Source of the DNA: Pristiophorus japonicus
Taxonomy: Eukaryota
Direction: 5' to 3'
Assembly: GCF_044704955.1 (NCBI RefSeq)
Contig: NC_091979.1
Location: 79,112,001-79,176,000 of the forward strand
DNA length: 64,000 bases
This document shows, piece by piece, positions 37,067 through 49,124 of the stretch; within the stretch, counting starts at the first letter, position 1, and the number at the start of each line of letters is the position of its first letter. Under the pieces are notes generated by a model. It was not told where the DNA came from. It saw nothing but the letters and a program-made list of their open reading frames with translations, and did no database searches. The position numbers and the translations under genes are program-made.

Positions 37067-38880
37067 ATGATGTGGATGTCCCAACGAAAAGTAACCCAGG
37101 GAAACTATACATGCTCCACGGGAATTGAATGTTGTGTTTTTAATATAACGTTTGACTGTAGACAGTGGACCTATTCGGCACCAGTCTTTGGGAATTTTGT
37201 ACTGATCCTCCATAAAAACGAGAATGTAACGTTCAACTTTACCTGGGAGACCGACGGTCCCGGGATGATGTGTAAGCAAGGTTGCGACAATAATTCCCAG
37301 AATATAACCAAAATACGGAAATAAGCCTGGAATACTAACAAAATGGAGTATAGCAATAGTACAGAATGGAAACAGGCAACCTTGGGAGACGGGAACTGGG
37401 TGATGTGTACAAATAATTCACAGTTTGGCGGGAGGGGTACATGGCTGGCCATGATAAGTGTAAAATAGCCCCGTCCGAACCAGGAACGGATGCCACACAT
37501 ACAAAGGCTGCACGATACATGTCTGAGCACACTGATAGTCCCTTCAATAATAAATTTAACAATAATATACAGTATGTCCGAAAGATGGTACCCAGGTATT
37601 GTAAGAACCCAGATCTTGCCCTAAAGATAACAAAAGCTCATAATTGGCAAAACATACGAGATACAGTGTGAGGAGGGTTATGAATGGGACTAGGAGCATT
37701 AAACTCAAACTGCAGAACAAAATACAGAAAGCGGGACAATTGACTAAAGATGCCATAACGCTGTCAGATCTGTGGCAGAAACCCTTACAGGCCAATAGCT
37801 AGCGGGGATGGCTGTCAGACAAAATGATATGGTAGTGGACAAACAAAACTGGCTGGGATCAGCAACAGGTATTGGCCAATTTAACGCGGGAAGCCAATAA
37901 GACTCACTACCTTATAATGGGCCTGATTAAGGAAGGACAACGGGCTGAATTAGAAAGGATAGCATTCTCTGGGAATGCCCCACAATGGGCCAAACTGTTT
38001 CAGTTTGACCAACGAAATCTAACACTCAGGCCGGAGATGAAGCATATGCGATGTGATGAAGAGGGATGTAACATGACTATGTTGTTGGCTAATGTTAATA
38101 ACAGTCAGATATGGTGTGAGTTTGTAACCCTACCACAGCTATTCGGTAAAAACTTATGGAAGCCACGGTTTTACAGAAAATGGATAGACCCGAAGAATAA
38201 AACGCACGAAGGGATGGACTGTGTAAAGTGGCCATTCGGGCAAGTATGCCCGCTACATACACCAGTGGTTGAACCATGCAGTATGGAAGGCACAGCAGGG
38301 GCTTGTGAATGGCAGCTGCAACCCTTAAATGATACCATAATACATGAAACCGGACAAACTACATATGTGTAACTAGTAACCACACGGTATACTTGAACGC
38401 GGATCGATTGGAACCTCCGGTAAATGAGTGTCAGAAGGAAATATGTGTCATCTTCGACGTTAAACCGAACAAGTCCTATCAAATAGGACAATGGAAGAAT
38501 ATTGCGCAACATAGAAGCACCAGAGGTCTATCAGTACTCCCCCAATAGTGGACTAGAGAAAGTTAAAGGCCTTTTTGAAAAAACATATTCAGGTGACCAA
38601 GTACCTGGGAGAAGAAAGGGAACGGTTACTCAGACAAAAGGTCGTAATGAGTTACACAAAACAAGAACTTATTCAAGTGACGGCGGTACTAAGTGACCTC
38701 ATGGTTCACCATTGGTGCGACATTTTTAAGGGTTGGTCACCCAAGGCCTATGCAGTCCTCAAATTAATGTGGCACCCAATCGTGATAATAATGGTAGTGG
38801 TGGGGATATGTATTGTGATTCAATTATATTTGATGTGTGAGATCCGAGGGATGTACAACCGCGTGGTTCTAGTCGAATAG
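37067..38880 (+). pseudogene. env: Envelope / class I fusion glycoprotein pseudogene
   Basis: Many N-X-S/T sites; fusion-peptide-like DTV*GGL*MGLGALNS at 37660-37707; heptad KLQNKIQKAGQL; Cys cluster at 38220-38306; HHWCDIFKGWSP then TM helix IVIIMVVVGICIVIQLYL; several stops and frameshifts. Confidence 0.85.
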
Positions 38881-39153
38881 CAAACAGCCTTGTTAACTAT
38901 GTAATGTAAGTGTAATAGGGAGGCGAATTACTTTGTAACGCGTTAGGGAAACAACTAAGACTCCTGAGCTTATGCTCACTATGTACAAAAACAAATATAA
39001 GTAGCTTGCAAATAATCCCAGGGAAATGATCAGGGGTAGCATGTAAAGACTCCGTTAAAAGACGGAACTACGAGCAATCCAAAGGAGATGGATTTGATCA
39101 CCATTCCCGGTAGATGGCTCAGAACATATATGTGGTAGGCTGATTATGTCACC

Positions 39154-39165
39154 AACAGGAGGGAC
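39154..39165 (+). promoter_or_regulatory. Polypurine tract
   Basis: AACAGGAGGGAC immediately before the 3' LTR TG. Confidence 0.75.
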
Positions 39166-39674
39166 TGAAGAGGTAAATTACAAATCTTTAAAATAATAAA
39201 ACATTGTGCCATTTTGAAACTGAGCTAATATATTTTAAAATGGAACCTACAGACTGTGAGAAACAGTCCACGAGAAAACAAAACTTTCCAGTTCACAGAC
39301 CAAAGACTTTGGGAGGCAAAAGTACAGACAGATAACATAGAAACTGAACTGAATAACAAGATAAGGGTAGAATAGAATGGATGACAGTAATTGTATCCGG
39401 AACTACCATTTAAGGCATGTGGAAACCAGACTGGAGGAAGCGCTGTACCAATCAATCATGTATTAATCAATCATGTATTAATTAATCATGTATTTATTGT
39501 AACTTACGTAATTACGTAATGACTTAATCTGAAATTGTATAAAGGACAACGTCTCCAGTCATTTAGCTGAGCGTTCCTTATGGAAAGCTCCCTGCTAGCT
39601 TGTATTAATTAATAAAACTGCATTTACTTTAAGGCTAACGGACTTCGAGTGGTGGTTTGAAGTTAACCCTCACA
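39166..39674 (+). repeat. ERV 3' LTR (509 bp)
   Basis: Direct repeat of the 5' LTR; TATAAA and AATAAA; ends CCCTCACA. Confidence 0.95.
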
Positions 39675-39963
39675 GTCTATTTATACAACGTGTTCTCCTG
39701 TAATCAGAACAACATTACCAAGGCTGGAGATCACTGGGTATGTTTTTAGGTCTTTTCTGCTCTTCTGATGCCAAATATTTTAGCTTCCTAATTTTAGGTT
39801 ACTGTCATAGGTGTGTTTTAAATCCTCATAGCCTCATTTCCCTATTGCCATTTATCTTGGTATGTTTTGGTAAAATGCCCAGGATAACAAATAGAAATCT
39901 TTACTTTAAAATTTCCTTTGGCTACTAAATATATCTCACACCTCCATAGGAACTTTTGCATAC

Positions 39964-39992
39964 CCTCAAAAAGCACCAGACCTTGTTTCAGA
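39964..39992 (-). CDS. Candidate 29-nt host micro-exon (phase 2-1)
   Basis: Acceptor TTTTATATTTAG, donor G|GTATGC; encodes (S)LKQGLVLFE(D) and phase-links exon 60742-60895 to exon 35455-36018. Confidence 0.4.
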
Positions 39993-40539
39993 CTAAATAT
40001 AAAATTAATTGTTGATCTACTGTGGTATTGCACTTGGCAAGTCAAGTATTCAGGTCAAGAATATTAGAAAGCATCAGGATAATGGGACCTAGATGAGGGA
40101 GGGAGATAGAAGGGGAAAGGGGAGAGGAGAAACAGAGTGACAGGGAGAGGAGAAGGTGATGGAGTCAGTGGATGGGGATGGGGACAAGGAAAGGGAGAGA
40201 GGATGAGGTGGAGGAGAGAGAACAACAGAAGACAATAAAGGGGCACATGGCACTGTGACAGGGCCCATTTGGGGGTTTGTAAAATGAGGACACAAAGGGG
40301 AAGGATTGGGAGGTGGAAGATAAGAATAGGGGAGGGAAAAGAAAGAGAAGGATAATTCTAAGATCATTTTTCTTCTCTGGTGGCAGGGGATTGCAGGTAT
40401 TTGGCTCAGAGTGGGCTGATGTTGAGTTGTTTTTGAGTGAGCGGTTGGATGCAGCCAGAGTTGTTCCTGATTTCAGATCCATGAGAGGGGGTTGTGCCAT
40501 GCTATTTTCATATATGGGGGCTAATTGTGCTCATACCAT

Positions 40540-43500
40540 GGGAACGGTAGCATAGTGGTCACATCACTGGACGAGTAATCCAGAGGCCTGGACTAATGAT
40601 CCAGAGACATGAGTTCAAATCCCACCACAGCAGCTGGGGAATTTAAATTCAGTTAATTAAATAAATCTGTAATAAAAAGCTAGGATCAGTAATGGTGCCC
40701 ATGAAACTCCCGGATTGTCGTAAAAACCCATCTGGTTCACTAATGTCCTTTATGGAAGAAAATCTGCCGTCCTTATCCAGTCTGGCCTATATGTGACTCC
40801 AGACCCACAATAATTTGGTTGACTCTTAATTGCCCTCTGAAATGGCCCAGCAAGCCACTCAGTTGTACACAACCGCTGCGGAAAACAATGAATAAAACCG
40901 GGCGGACTACCCGGCATCGAACTTGGCATTGGCTACAGACACGACAACGGCACATCCAGCCCAGTCGACCCTGCAAGGTCCTTCTCACCAACATTTGGGG
41001 ACTTGTGCCAAAATTGGAAGAGCTGTCCCGCAGACTAAACAAGCAAAAGCCTGACATAGTCATACTCACAGAATCATTCCGCCAATGTCCCAAACTCCTC
41101 CATCACCTTCCCACCGGCAGGACAGACCCACCAGGGATGGCGACACAGTGGTATACAGTCATGAGGGAGTGGCTTTGGGAGTCCTCAACATTAACTCTGG
41201 ACCTCATGAAATCTCATGACTTCAGGTCAAGCATGGACGAAGAAATCTCCTACTAATTACCACCTACCGTCCTCCCTCAGCTGATGAATCAGTCCTCCTC
41301 CATGTTGAACACCACTTGGAAGAAGCACTGAGAGTAGCAAGGGCACAGAATGTACTTTGGGTAGGGGAATTCAATATCCATCATCAAGAGTGGCTCGGTA
41401 GCACCACTACTGACTGAACTGGCCGAGTCCTGAAGGACATAACTGCAAGACTGGGCCTGCAGCAGGTGATGAGAGAACCAACATGAGAGAAAAACCTACT
41501 TGACCTCATCCTCACCAATCTACTTATCGCCGATGCATCTATCCATGACATCATTGGTAGCAGCGACCATCACACAGTCATTGTGGAGATGAAGTCCCAT
41601 CTTCACATGGAGGACACCATCCATCGTGTTGTGTGACACTATCATCTTGCTAAATGGATAGATTCAGAACAGATCTAGCAGCTCAAAACTGGGCATCCAT
41701 GAGGTGCTGTGGGCCTTCAGCAGCAGCAGAATTGTATTCTACCACAATCTGTAACCTCATGGCCCGGCATATCCCTCACTCTACCATTACCATTAAGCCA
41801 GGGGACGAACACTTATACAATAAGTGGGTGCAGAAGAGCATGCCAGGAGCAGCACCAGACCTAAATATGAGGTGCCAACCTGGGGAAGCTGCAACACAGG
41901 ACTACATGCATGCTAAAAGCAGAAGGTGTGGTGGTCGCTGCTACCAATGATGTCATGGATAGATGCATCTGCGATAGGTAGATTGGCTAAGGCTAAGCGA
42001 TCCCACAACCAACGGATCAGATTAAAGCTCTGTAGTCCTGCCACATCCAGTTGTGAATGATAGTGGACCATTAAACAACTAACAGGAGGAGGAGGCTCCA
42101 TGAATATCCCCATCCTCAATGATGGCGGAGCCCAGCACGTGAGTGCAAAAGACAAGATTGAAGTGTTTACAACCATCTTCAGCCAGAAGTGGCAAGTGGA
42201 TGATCCATATCGGCCTCTTCCTGAAGTCCCCACCATCACAGAAGCCAGTCTTCAGCCAATTTGATTCACTCCATGTGATATCAAAAATCGGCTGAGTGCA
42301 CTGCATACAGCAAAGACTATATGCGTCCTAACAATATCCCGGCTGTTGTGCTAAAGACTTGTGCTCCAGAGCTAGCTGCGCCTCTGGCCAAACTGTTCCA
42401 GTATAGCTACAACACTGGCATCTGCCTGACAATGCAGAAAACTGCCCAGGTATGTCCTGTCTACAAAAAGCAGGACAAATCCAATCTGGCCAATTACCGC
42501 CACATCAGTGTTATGTCTCAAATAAAGCAATGTGACTGAGTACTGTAGACTTGAGTAAGTGTGAACTTAGTTTTTTTAATCTGACTCCAGAGTGCTGGCA
42601 CAGCATGGGAGGCCTGCTTATATACAGTGCTGGGATCCCTTGGGACTCCAACAGATGCACCCTCTGGTGGCAGTAGAATGCTGGTTACAAGGTGTTGCAT
42701 ACATAACATCACTCCCACCCCCAAATTCAATAGTTACACTTATTTACAGGGTGAGACGATCTGGGGCTTTCCGCTCCCTGGTCGATCATCTCGGTACAAA
42801 CACAGGTGCAGGTGAGTTAGTTGGGCCTTCGCTGGACTGCTGCGCAGCTGGCTTTGCTAGGCTGCTGGGGATGATGAGTTCAGCTTCGTGGTTAACCATA
42901 ATGTCGGTTGCCACTTGTGTGTGTCGAAGTTGGTGGTGTCCTCTTCAGGTTGCTCGTGGCTGTCTGTGAATTGCAGTTTGGTCCAAATGCTTTCTGCAAG
43001 TTAGTCCATTTGTAAGTTTGACCTCAAACACCCTACTCCCTTCTTTGGCTACGACACTGCCAGTAAGCCATTTGGGACCATGTCCATAGTTGAGTACAAA
43101 TACAGGGTCATTGACTTCAATATTGCGTGACAAATTTGCGCGATCATGGTACATGCTTTGTTGATGCCGACTGCCCTCGACACGATCATGGAGATCAGGG
43201 TGGACTAGAGAGAGTTTTGAGTGCCCTTTTCAAGAGCAGTTTGGCAGGGGGGGACCCCGGTGAGTGAGTGGGGTCTTGTGCGGTCGCTGAGCAGGACTCG
43301 GGACAGGCGGGTTTGCAGGGAGCCTTCCGACGTGCGTTTCAAGCTTTGCTTGATGGTTTGGACTGCCTGTTCTGCCTGGCCGTTGGATGCGGGCTTCAAC
43401 GGGGCAGATGTGACGTGCTTGATCCCATTGTGGGTCATGAATTCCTTGAATTCAGCGCTGGTGAAGCATGGCCCATTGTCGCTGACAAGGACATCAGGCA

Positions 43501-46500
43501 GGCCGTACTTGGCAAACATGGCTCGTAGGCTTTCGATGGTGGCAGTGGACATGCTTACAGACATTATTACACATTCAATCCATTTTGAATAAGCATCCAC
43601 AACAACCAAAAACATTTTGCCTAGAAACGGGCCAGCGAAATCAACGTGGATCCTAGACCACGGTTTGGAGGGCCATGACCACAAACTTAACGGTGCCTCC
43701 CTGGGTGAGAGTTGAGAGCAAATGTTGCATTGGCGCACGCAAGACTCCAAATCTGAGTCGATGCTGGGCCACCACACATAGGATCTGGCTATAGCTTTCA
43801 TCATTACTATGCCTGCATGGGTACTGTGTAGGTCAAAACCACGCGATTACCCCACAAAAGACAGTCCGCCTGTATGACCATTTCGTCTTTGCGCCGCTGC
43901 AGCAGCTTGATCTCTTCATGCATCCAAGGATCCTGGCTGGCCCAGGTCCTGATCTGGCAGGCCGTAACAGGTGACTTTTTGTTTTCAAATGCATCCATCA
44001 CCAAGAGCAAGTGTGCAGGCTGTGCCATTTCCACCTCGGTGGTGGGCAATGGTAGCCAACTGAGAGCATCAGTGCAGTTCTCTGTGCCTGACCCATGGCG
44101 AGTTATATCATTATATGCAGACAGCATGAATGCCCATCTTTGGATGCGAGCAGAGGCATTGGTATTAATACCTTTGCTCTCTGAGAATAGCGATATGAGT
44201 GGCTTATGATCAGTTTCTAGCCCAAACAGATACTGGTGCATTTTTTTCACCTTGTAAACACATGCCAGAGCTTCTTTTTCAATCATGCTGTAAGCCCTTT
44301 CTGCCTTGGACAAACTCCTGGATGCATAAATGACCGGTTGCAATGTTCCCCATTCGTTTGATTGTTGTAACACACACCCGACCTCATAGGAAGACGCATT
44401 GCAAGCTAGCACTAAACGTTTACATGGGTCATACAGAACCAGCAGTTTGTTGGAACATAACAGATTTCTGGCTTTCTCAAAAGCAGTCTCTTGTGATTTC
44501 CCCCATACCCAGTCATCTTCCTTGCGTAGCAACAGATGTAGACATTCTAGCAAGGTGCTTAACCTGGGTAAGAAATTACCGAAATAGTTAAGGAGTCTCG
44601 GGAACGACCGCAGCTCCGTCACGTTCTGTGGTCTCGGCGCATTCTTAAAGGCCTCCGTCTTGGTGTCAATGGGTCTGATGCCGTCTGCTGTGATTCTTCT
44701 CCCTAAGAACTCAACCTCTGGAGCCAGGAAAACACACTTCGAGCATTTCAACCTGAGCCCCACACGATCTAGCCAACTTAAAACCTCTTCCTGGTTCTGC
44801 AAGTGTTCGATGGTGTCCCGACCTGTGATCAATATGTCGTCCTGGAAAACCACGGTGCACGGAACCGACTTTAGCAGACTTTCCATGTTCCTTTGAAAAA
44901 TAGCCGTGGCTGATCGAATCCCAAACGGACATTTATTGTAGATGAACAGACCTTTGTGCGTGTTGATGCAGGTGAGGCCTTTCGAAGATTCCGCCAGCTC
45001 TTGCGTCATGTAGGCTGAGGTCAGGTCCAACTTAGTGAACATCTTCCCTCCTGCCAGCGCCACAAATAGGTTGTCTGCCTTGGGTAGTGGGTACTGGTCC
45101 TGCAGCGAAAAACGATTAATCGTTACTTTATAGTCCCCACAAATTCTGACCGTGTCATCGCCCTTGAGAACCGGAATAATCGGACTGGTCCACTCATTGA
45201 ACTCAACCGGTGCGATGATGCCCTCTCGTTGCAGCCTGTCCAGCTCGATCTCCACTTTCTCTCACATCATGTATGGCACCGCACATGGGTCGTGTACCGG
45301 GAACCAAGTGGATCTGCACCTTCACCCCAGAGAAATTTCCAATCCCTAGCTCAAACAACGACGGGACCTTGCTCAAAACCTGGGCACATGAGACGTCGTC
45401 GACGGACGAAAGCGCTCGGATGTCGTCCCAGTTCCAGCGGATTTTTCCCAGCCAGCTTCTGCCAAACAGGGTGGGGCCATCTCCTGGTACAATCCATAGT
45501 GGTAGTTTGTGCACCGTTCCATCATAGGAGACTTTTACTGCTGCACTGTCAATTACAGGGATCAGCTCTTTAGTATAAGTTCTCAGCTTGGTATGAATAG
45601 GGCTCAGCTTGGGCCTTTGTACCTTGTTGCACCACAGCCTCTTGAAGGCCTTTTTGCTCAAGAGAGACTGACTCGCACCCGTGTCCAATTCCATGGATAC
45701 TGGAATTCCGTTCAGTTCAACTTTTAACATGATCGGTGGACATTTAGTGGTGAAGGTGTGTATCCCATACACTTCTGCCTCCTCGGTTTGAGTCTCTAGT
45801 TCAGTTTGATCCGCCATGGATCGGTCTTCCTCTGCAGCGTGGTGGTTTGCAGGGTTTACAGCTTGTCTGCACATTTACTGGAGGTATCCTATTGTTTCAC
45901 AGCCTTTGCATGCATAGTGTTTGAAGCGGCATTGATGGGCTCAATGATCACCTCTGCAGCATCAACAAGATGTTAATCGCCTCCCATTCACACTTGATGG
46001 TGGACTCTGAGTCATCTGAGGTCGTGCAGCTGCAGGCGTTTACGTTCTGCCCTATGCAGTCCTGCCTGAAAACGACGTTACTTTGTGTACAGTACTTGCC
46101 GAAGCATCTTTATGCTGCAAAATTTGTTTGGTATTATCGCTGGTGGACATAAATGCCTGGGCTTTCGTGAGGGCTTTGCTCAGGTTCGGTGTTTCAACAG
46201 TCAATAGTTTGCGAAGGATAACATCATGGCCAATGCCAAGCACAAAAATGTCTCTTAGCATTTGCTCCAGGAATCCAACAAATTCGCAATGTCCTGCAAG
46301 GGGCCTTAGTTTGGCGATGTAGCTCACCACTTCCTGGCCTTCAGACCATTGACATGTATAAAATCGATACCTTGCCATCAGAACGCTCTCCTTCAGAATT
46401 AGGTGCTCCCGGATCAGCATACACAGTTCTTCATATGACTTAGTTGTTGGTTTCACCGGAACAAGAAGATTCTTCATGAGACCATAGGTTTCGCCCCGCA

Positions 46501-48252
46501 GACGATGAGGAGGATCGCCCTTCGTTTGGCAGCATTCGCATTCCCTTACAGCTCATTGGTCACAAAGTATTGGTCAAGTCGCTCCACGAAGGCTTCCCAA
46601 TCGTCACCTTCTGAGAATTTCTCCTGGATACCAACAGTTCTCTGCATTTTTGCGTGATGGTTCGTGATCTATTACTCCTCGCCAGTTTTTATGTCTCAAA
46701 TAAAGCAATGTGACTGAGTACTCTAGGCTTGAGTAAGTGTGACCTTAGTCTCTTTATTCTGACTCCAATGTGCTGGCACAGCATAGGAGGCCTGCTTATA
46801 GTGCTCCCAAGGGATGCTGGGATCCCTTGGGACTCCAACAGACGCATCCCTTGGTGGCAGTAGAATGCTGGTTTCAAGGTGTTGCATACATAACAATCAG
46901 TCTACTCTCAATCATCAGCAAAGTGATGGAAGTAGGCATCAACAGTACTGTTAAGCGGCACTTACTCACCAATAACCTGCTCACCGATGCCCAGTTTTTG
47001 TTCTGCCAGGACCACTCGGCTTCAGTCCTCATTACAGCCGTGGTCCAATCATGGACAAAAGAGCTGAATTCCAGAGGTGAGGTGAGGGTGACTGCCCTTG
47101 ACATCAAGGCAGCATTTGAATGAGTGTGGCATCAAGGAACCCTAGTAAAACTGAAGTCAATGGGAATCGGGGGAAAACTCTCCATTGGCTGGTGTCATAC
47201 CTAACGCAAAGGAAGATGGTTGTGGTGGGGTTTTAAGTCAATCATCACAACCCCAGGACATTGCTGCAGGAGTTCCCCAGGGCAGTGTCCTCAGCCCAAC
47301 CATCTTCAGCTGCTTCATCAATAACGTTTCGTCCATCATAAGGTCAGAAGTGGGGATGTTCGCTGATGACTGCACAGTGTTCAGTGCCATTCGCAACCCC
47401 TCAGATAATGAAGCAATCCATGCCCGCATGCAGCAAGACTTGGATGACATTCAGGCTTGGGCTGATAAGTGGCAAGTACCATTTGCACCACACAAGTGCC
47501 AGGCAATGACTATCTACAAAAAGTGAGAGTTTAACCACTGCCCCTTGGCAATCAATAGCATTACCATTGTCGAATCCCCACCATCAACATCCTGGGGGAT
47601 GACCATTGACCAGAAACTTAACTGGACCAGCCACATAAATACTGTGGCAACAAGAGCAGGGCAGAAGCTGGGTATTCTGTGGCGAGTGTCTCACCTCTCG
47701 ACTCCCCAAAGCCTTTCCACCATCTACAAAGCACAAGTCAGGAGTATGATGGAATACTCTCCCCTTGCCTGGCCGAATGCTGCTTCAACAGCACTCAAGA
47801 AGCTTGTCACAATCCAGCCTGCTTGATTGGCACCTTATCCACCACCTTAAACATTCACTCCCTCTATCATTGATATTCCGTGGCTGCAGTGTGTACCATC
47901 TACAAGATGCACTATAGCAACTCACCAAGGCTTCTTTGGCAACACCTCACAAACCCGCGACCTCTACCATCTAGAAGGACAAGGGCAGCAGACATATGGG
48001 AACACCACCACCTCCACATTCCCCTCCAAGTCACACACCATCCTGACTTAGAAGTATATCACCATTCTTTCATCATCGCTGGGTCAAAAAACTGGAACTC
48101 CCTCCCTAACGGCACTGTGGGAGTACCTTCACCACACGGACTGCAGTGGTTTAAGAAGATTGCTCACCACCATCATCTCAAGGGCAATTAGGGATCGTCA
48201 ATAAATGCTGGTTTCGCCAGCGACGTCCATATCCCATGAACAACTTTTTTTA
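40540..48252 (+). mobile_element. CR1-group LINE with a tRNA-derived SINE-like 5' end and no ORF1, interrupted by Gypsy 3
   Basis: A box 40548-40558, B box 40613-40623; APE (TNIWGL, PDIVILTES); RT resumes at 46896 ([21 protein letters not shown]); 3' end CAAGGGCAATTAGGGAT...AATAAATGCTGG. Confidence 0.82.
42509..46895 (-). mobile_element. Gypsy LTR retrotransposon 3, full-length, decayed
   Basis: LTRs 42509-42708 and 46687-46895; TSD ATCAG at 42504-42508 and 46896-46900; PBS TGGCGAGGAG at 46675-46684; PPT; gag, PR, RT/RH (43807-45255) and IN (43205-43804). Confidence 0.96.
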
Positions 48253-49124
48253 AAATTGGGGTTCAATATCTGCTGAGTTGCGGAAAGCTGTTCATGAGGG
48301 GACACATTAATGACTGCATGGTGTGGAGAGAGGCTTCTGCTCAGTGTTAGACTAATCTTTTTTCAAAGTAGGGTTGCGAATCCGAGCTCTATTTTGGAAG
48401 AGAGGGTTGGGGCTTACAGGAATCAGTGCTCAGGAGGGGGATGGTGGAAATTATCCCTGCTAAGTGGGTGCAGCAAGTGAAGGAGTTGGATGTTTGGCTC
48501 ACTCATTATGGCAGTGGAGCATTCCATGTTGTATGATGAGAGTTGGATCTCTACATTAGAAAGTGGATGCGATTTACATTTGTGTTGGTGTGGTCACTTT
48601 TAGATTGTTTTCCCATTTGCCACTACCACTTGCTTTTCATTGTTATGGATCAGGAGGGCTGCTAACCTACTTTGGATGGCATTGCTTTTTCCTTCGACCA
48701 TTCCCACTTCCCTTTCCTTCAGGCTTCCATTCTTATTTGGTGTCAATGTGAGTAAAAGCTTCCAAAGCTTCCTTTTCCTTCAGACTCCGTTTATTATTTG
48801 GTGCCATTGTGAGTAAAAGCTTTTCCTAGTGCAATTATACTATTTCAACAATTGTTACATCTTCTCATTCATTTCAGTTTCCTGGCAGACATACTTTGAA
48901 CTGCCAAAATAAGCTTCCCAGAGCTTTGATTCAGTGATTTGCATTGATAACTTTCCTATTTTAAAACTTGACAGCTTTTCCTTATACATAACATGGGCGC
49001 ATGGGAACATAATCTATTTTCCTGAGGCAGCAAATTATCAATTTGATTGGTTAGTAAGGATCTCCACATAACGATAGATGTTGCTCATTCTCCTTCATTA
49101 GTTACATAATATTACACTCACAGA

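Larger units (their letters stand above)
36264..39674 (+). mobile_element. Env-only endogenous retroviral element (lokiretrovirus-like), non-autonomous
   Basis: Two TG...CA LTRs; TSD GTCTA at 36259-36263 and 39675-39679; PBS; PPT; the 2.4-kb interior holds only a leader and env remnants. Confidence 0.9.

Noticed and set aside
36800-37279. 159-aa antisense ORF in the ERV leader as an accessory gene
   Set aside because: No recognisable motif, non-ATG start, and it partly shadows env; needs conservation data.
37067-38880. Domesticated syncytin-like functional env
   Set aside because: Multiple stops and frameshifts, including in the fusion peptide, and no signal peptide.
40089-40350. Pro/Ser-rich ORFs
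   Set aside because: Purine-rich low-complexity sequence.
40540-40630. tRNA gene
   Set aside because: A and B boxes are present, but spacing is extended, there is no proper cloverleaf, and it runs into a retroelement body.
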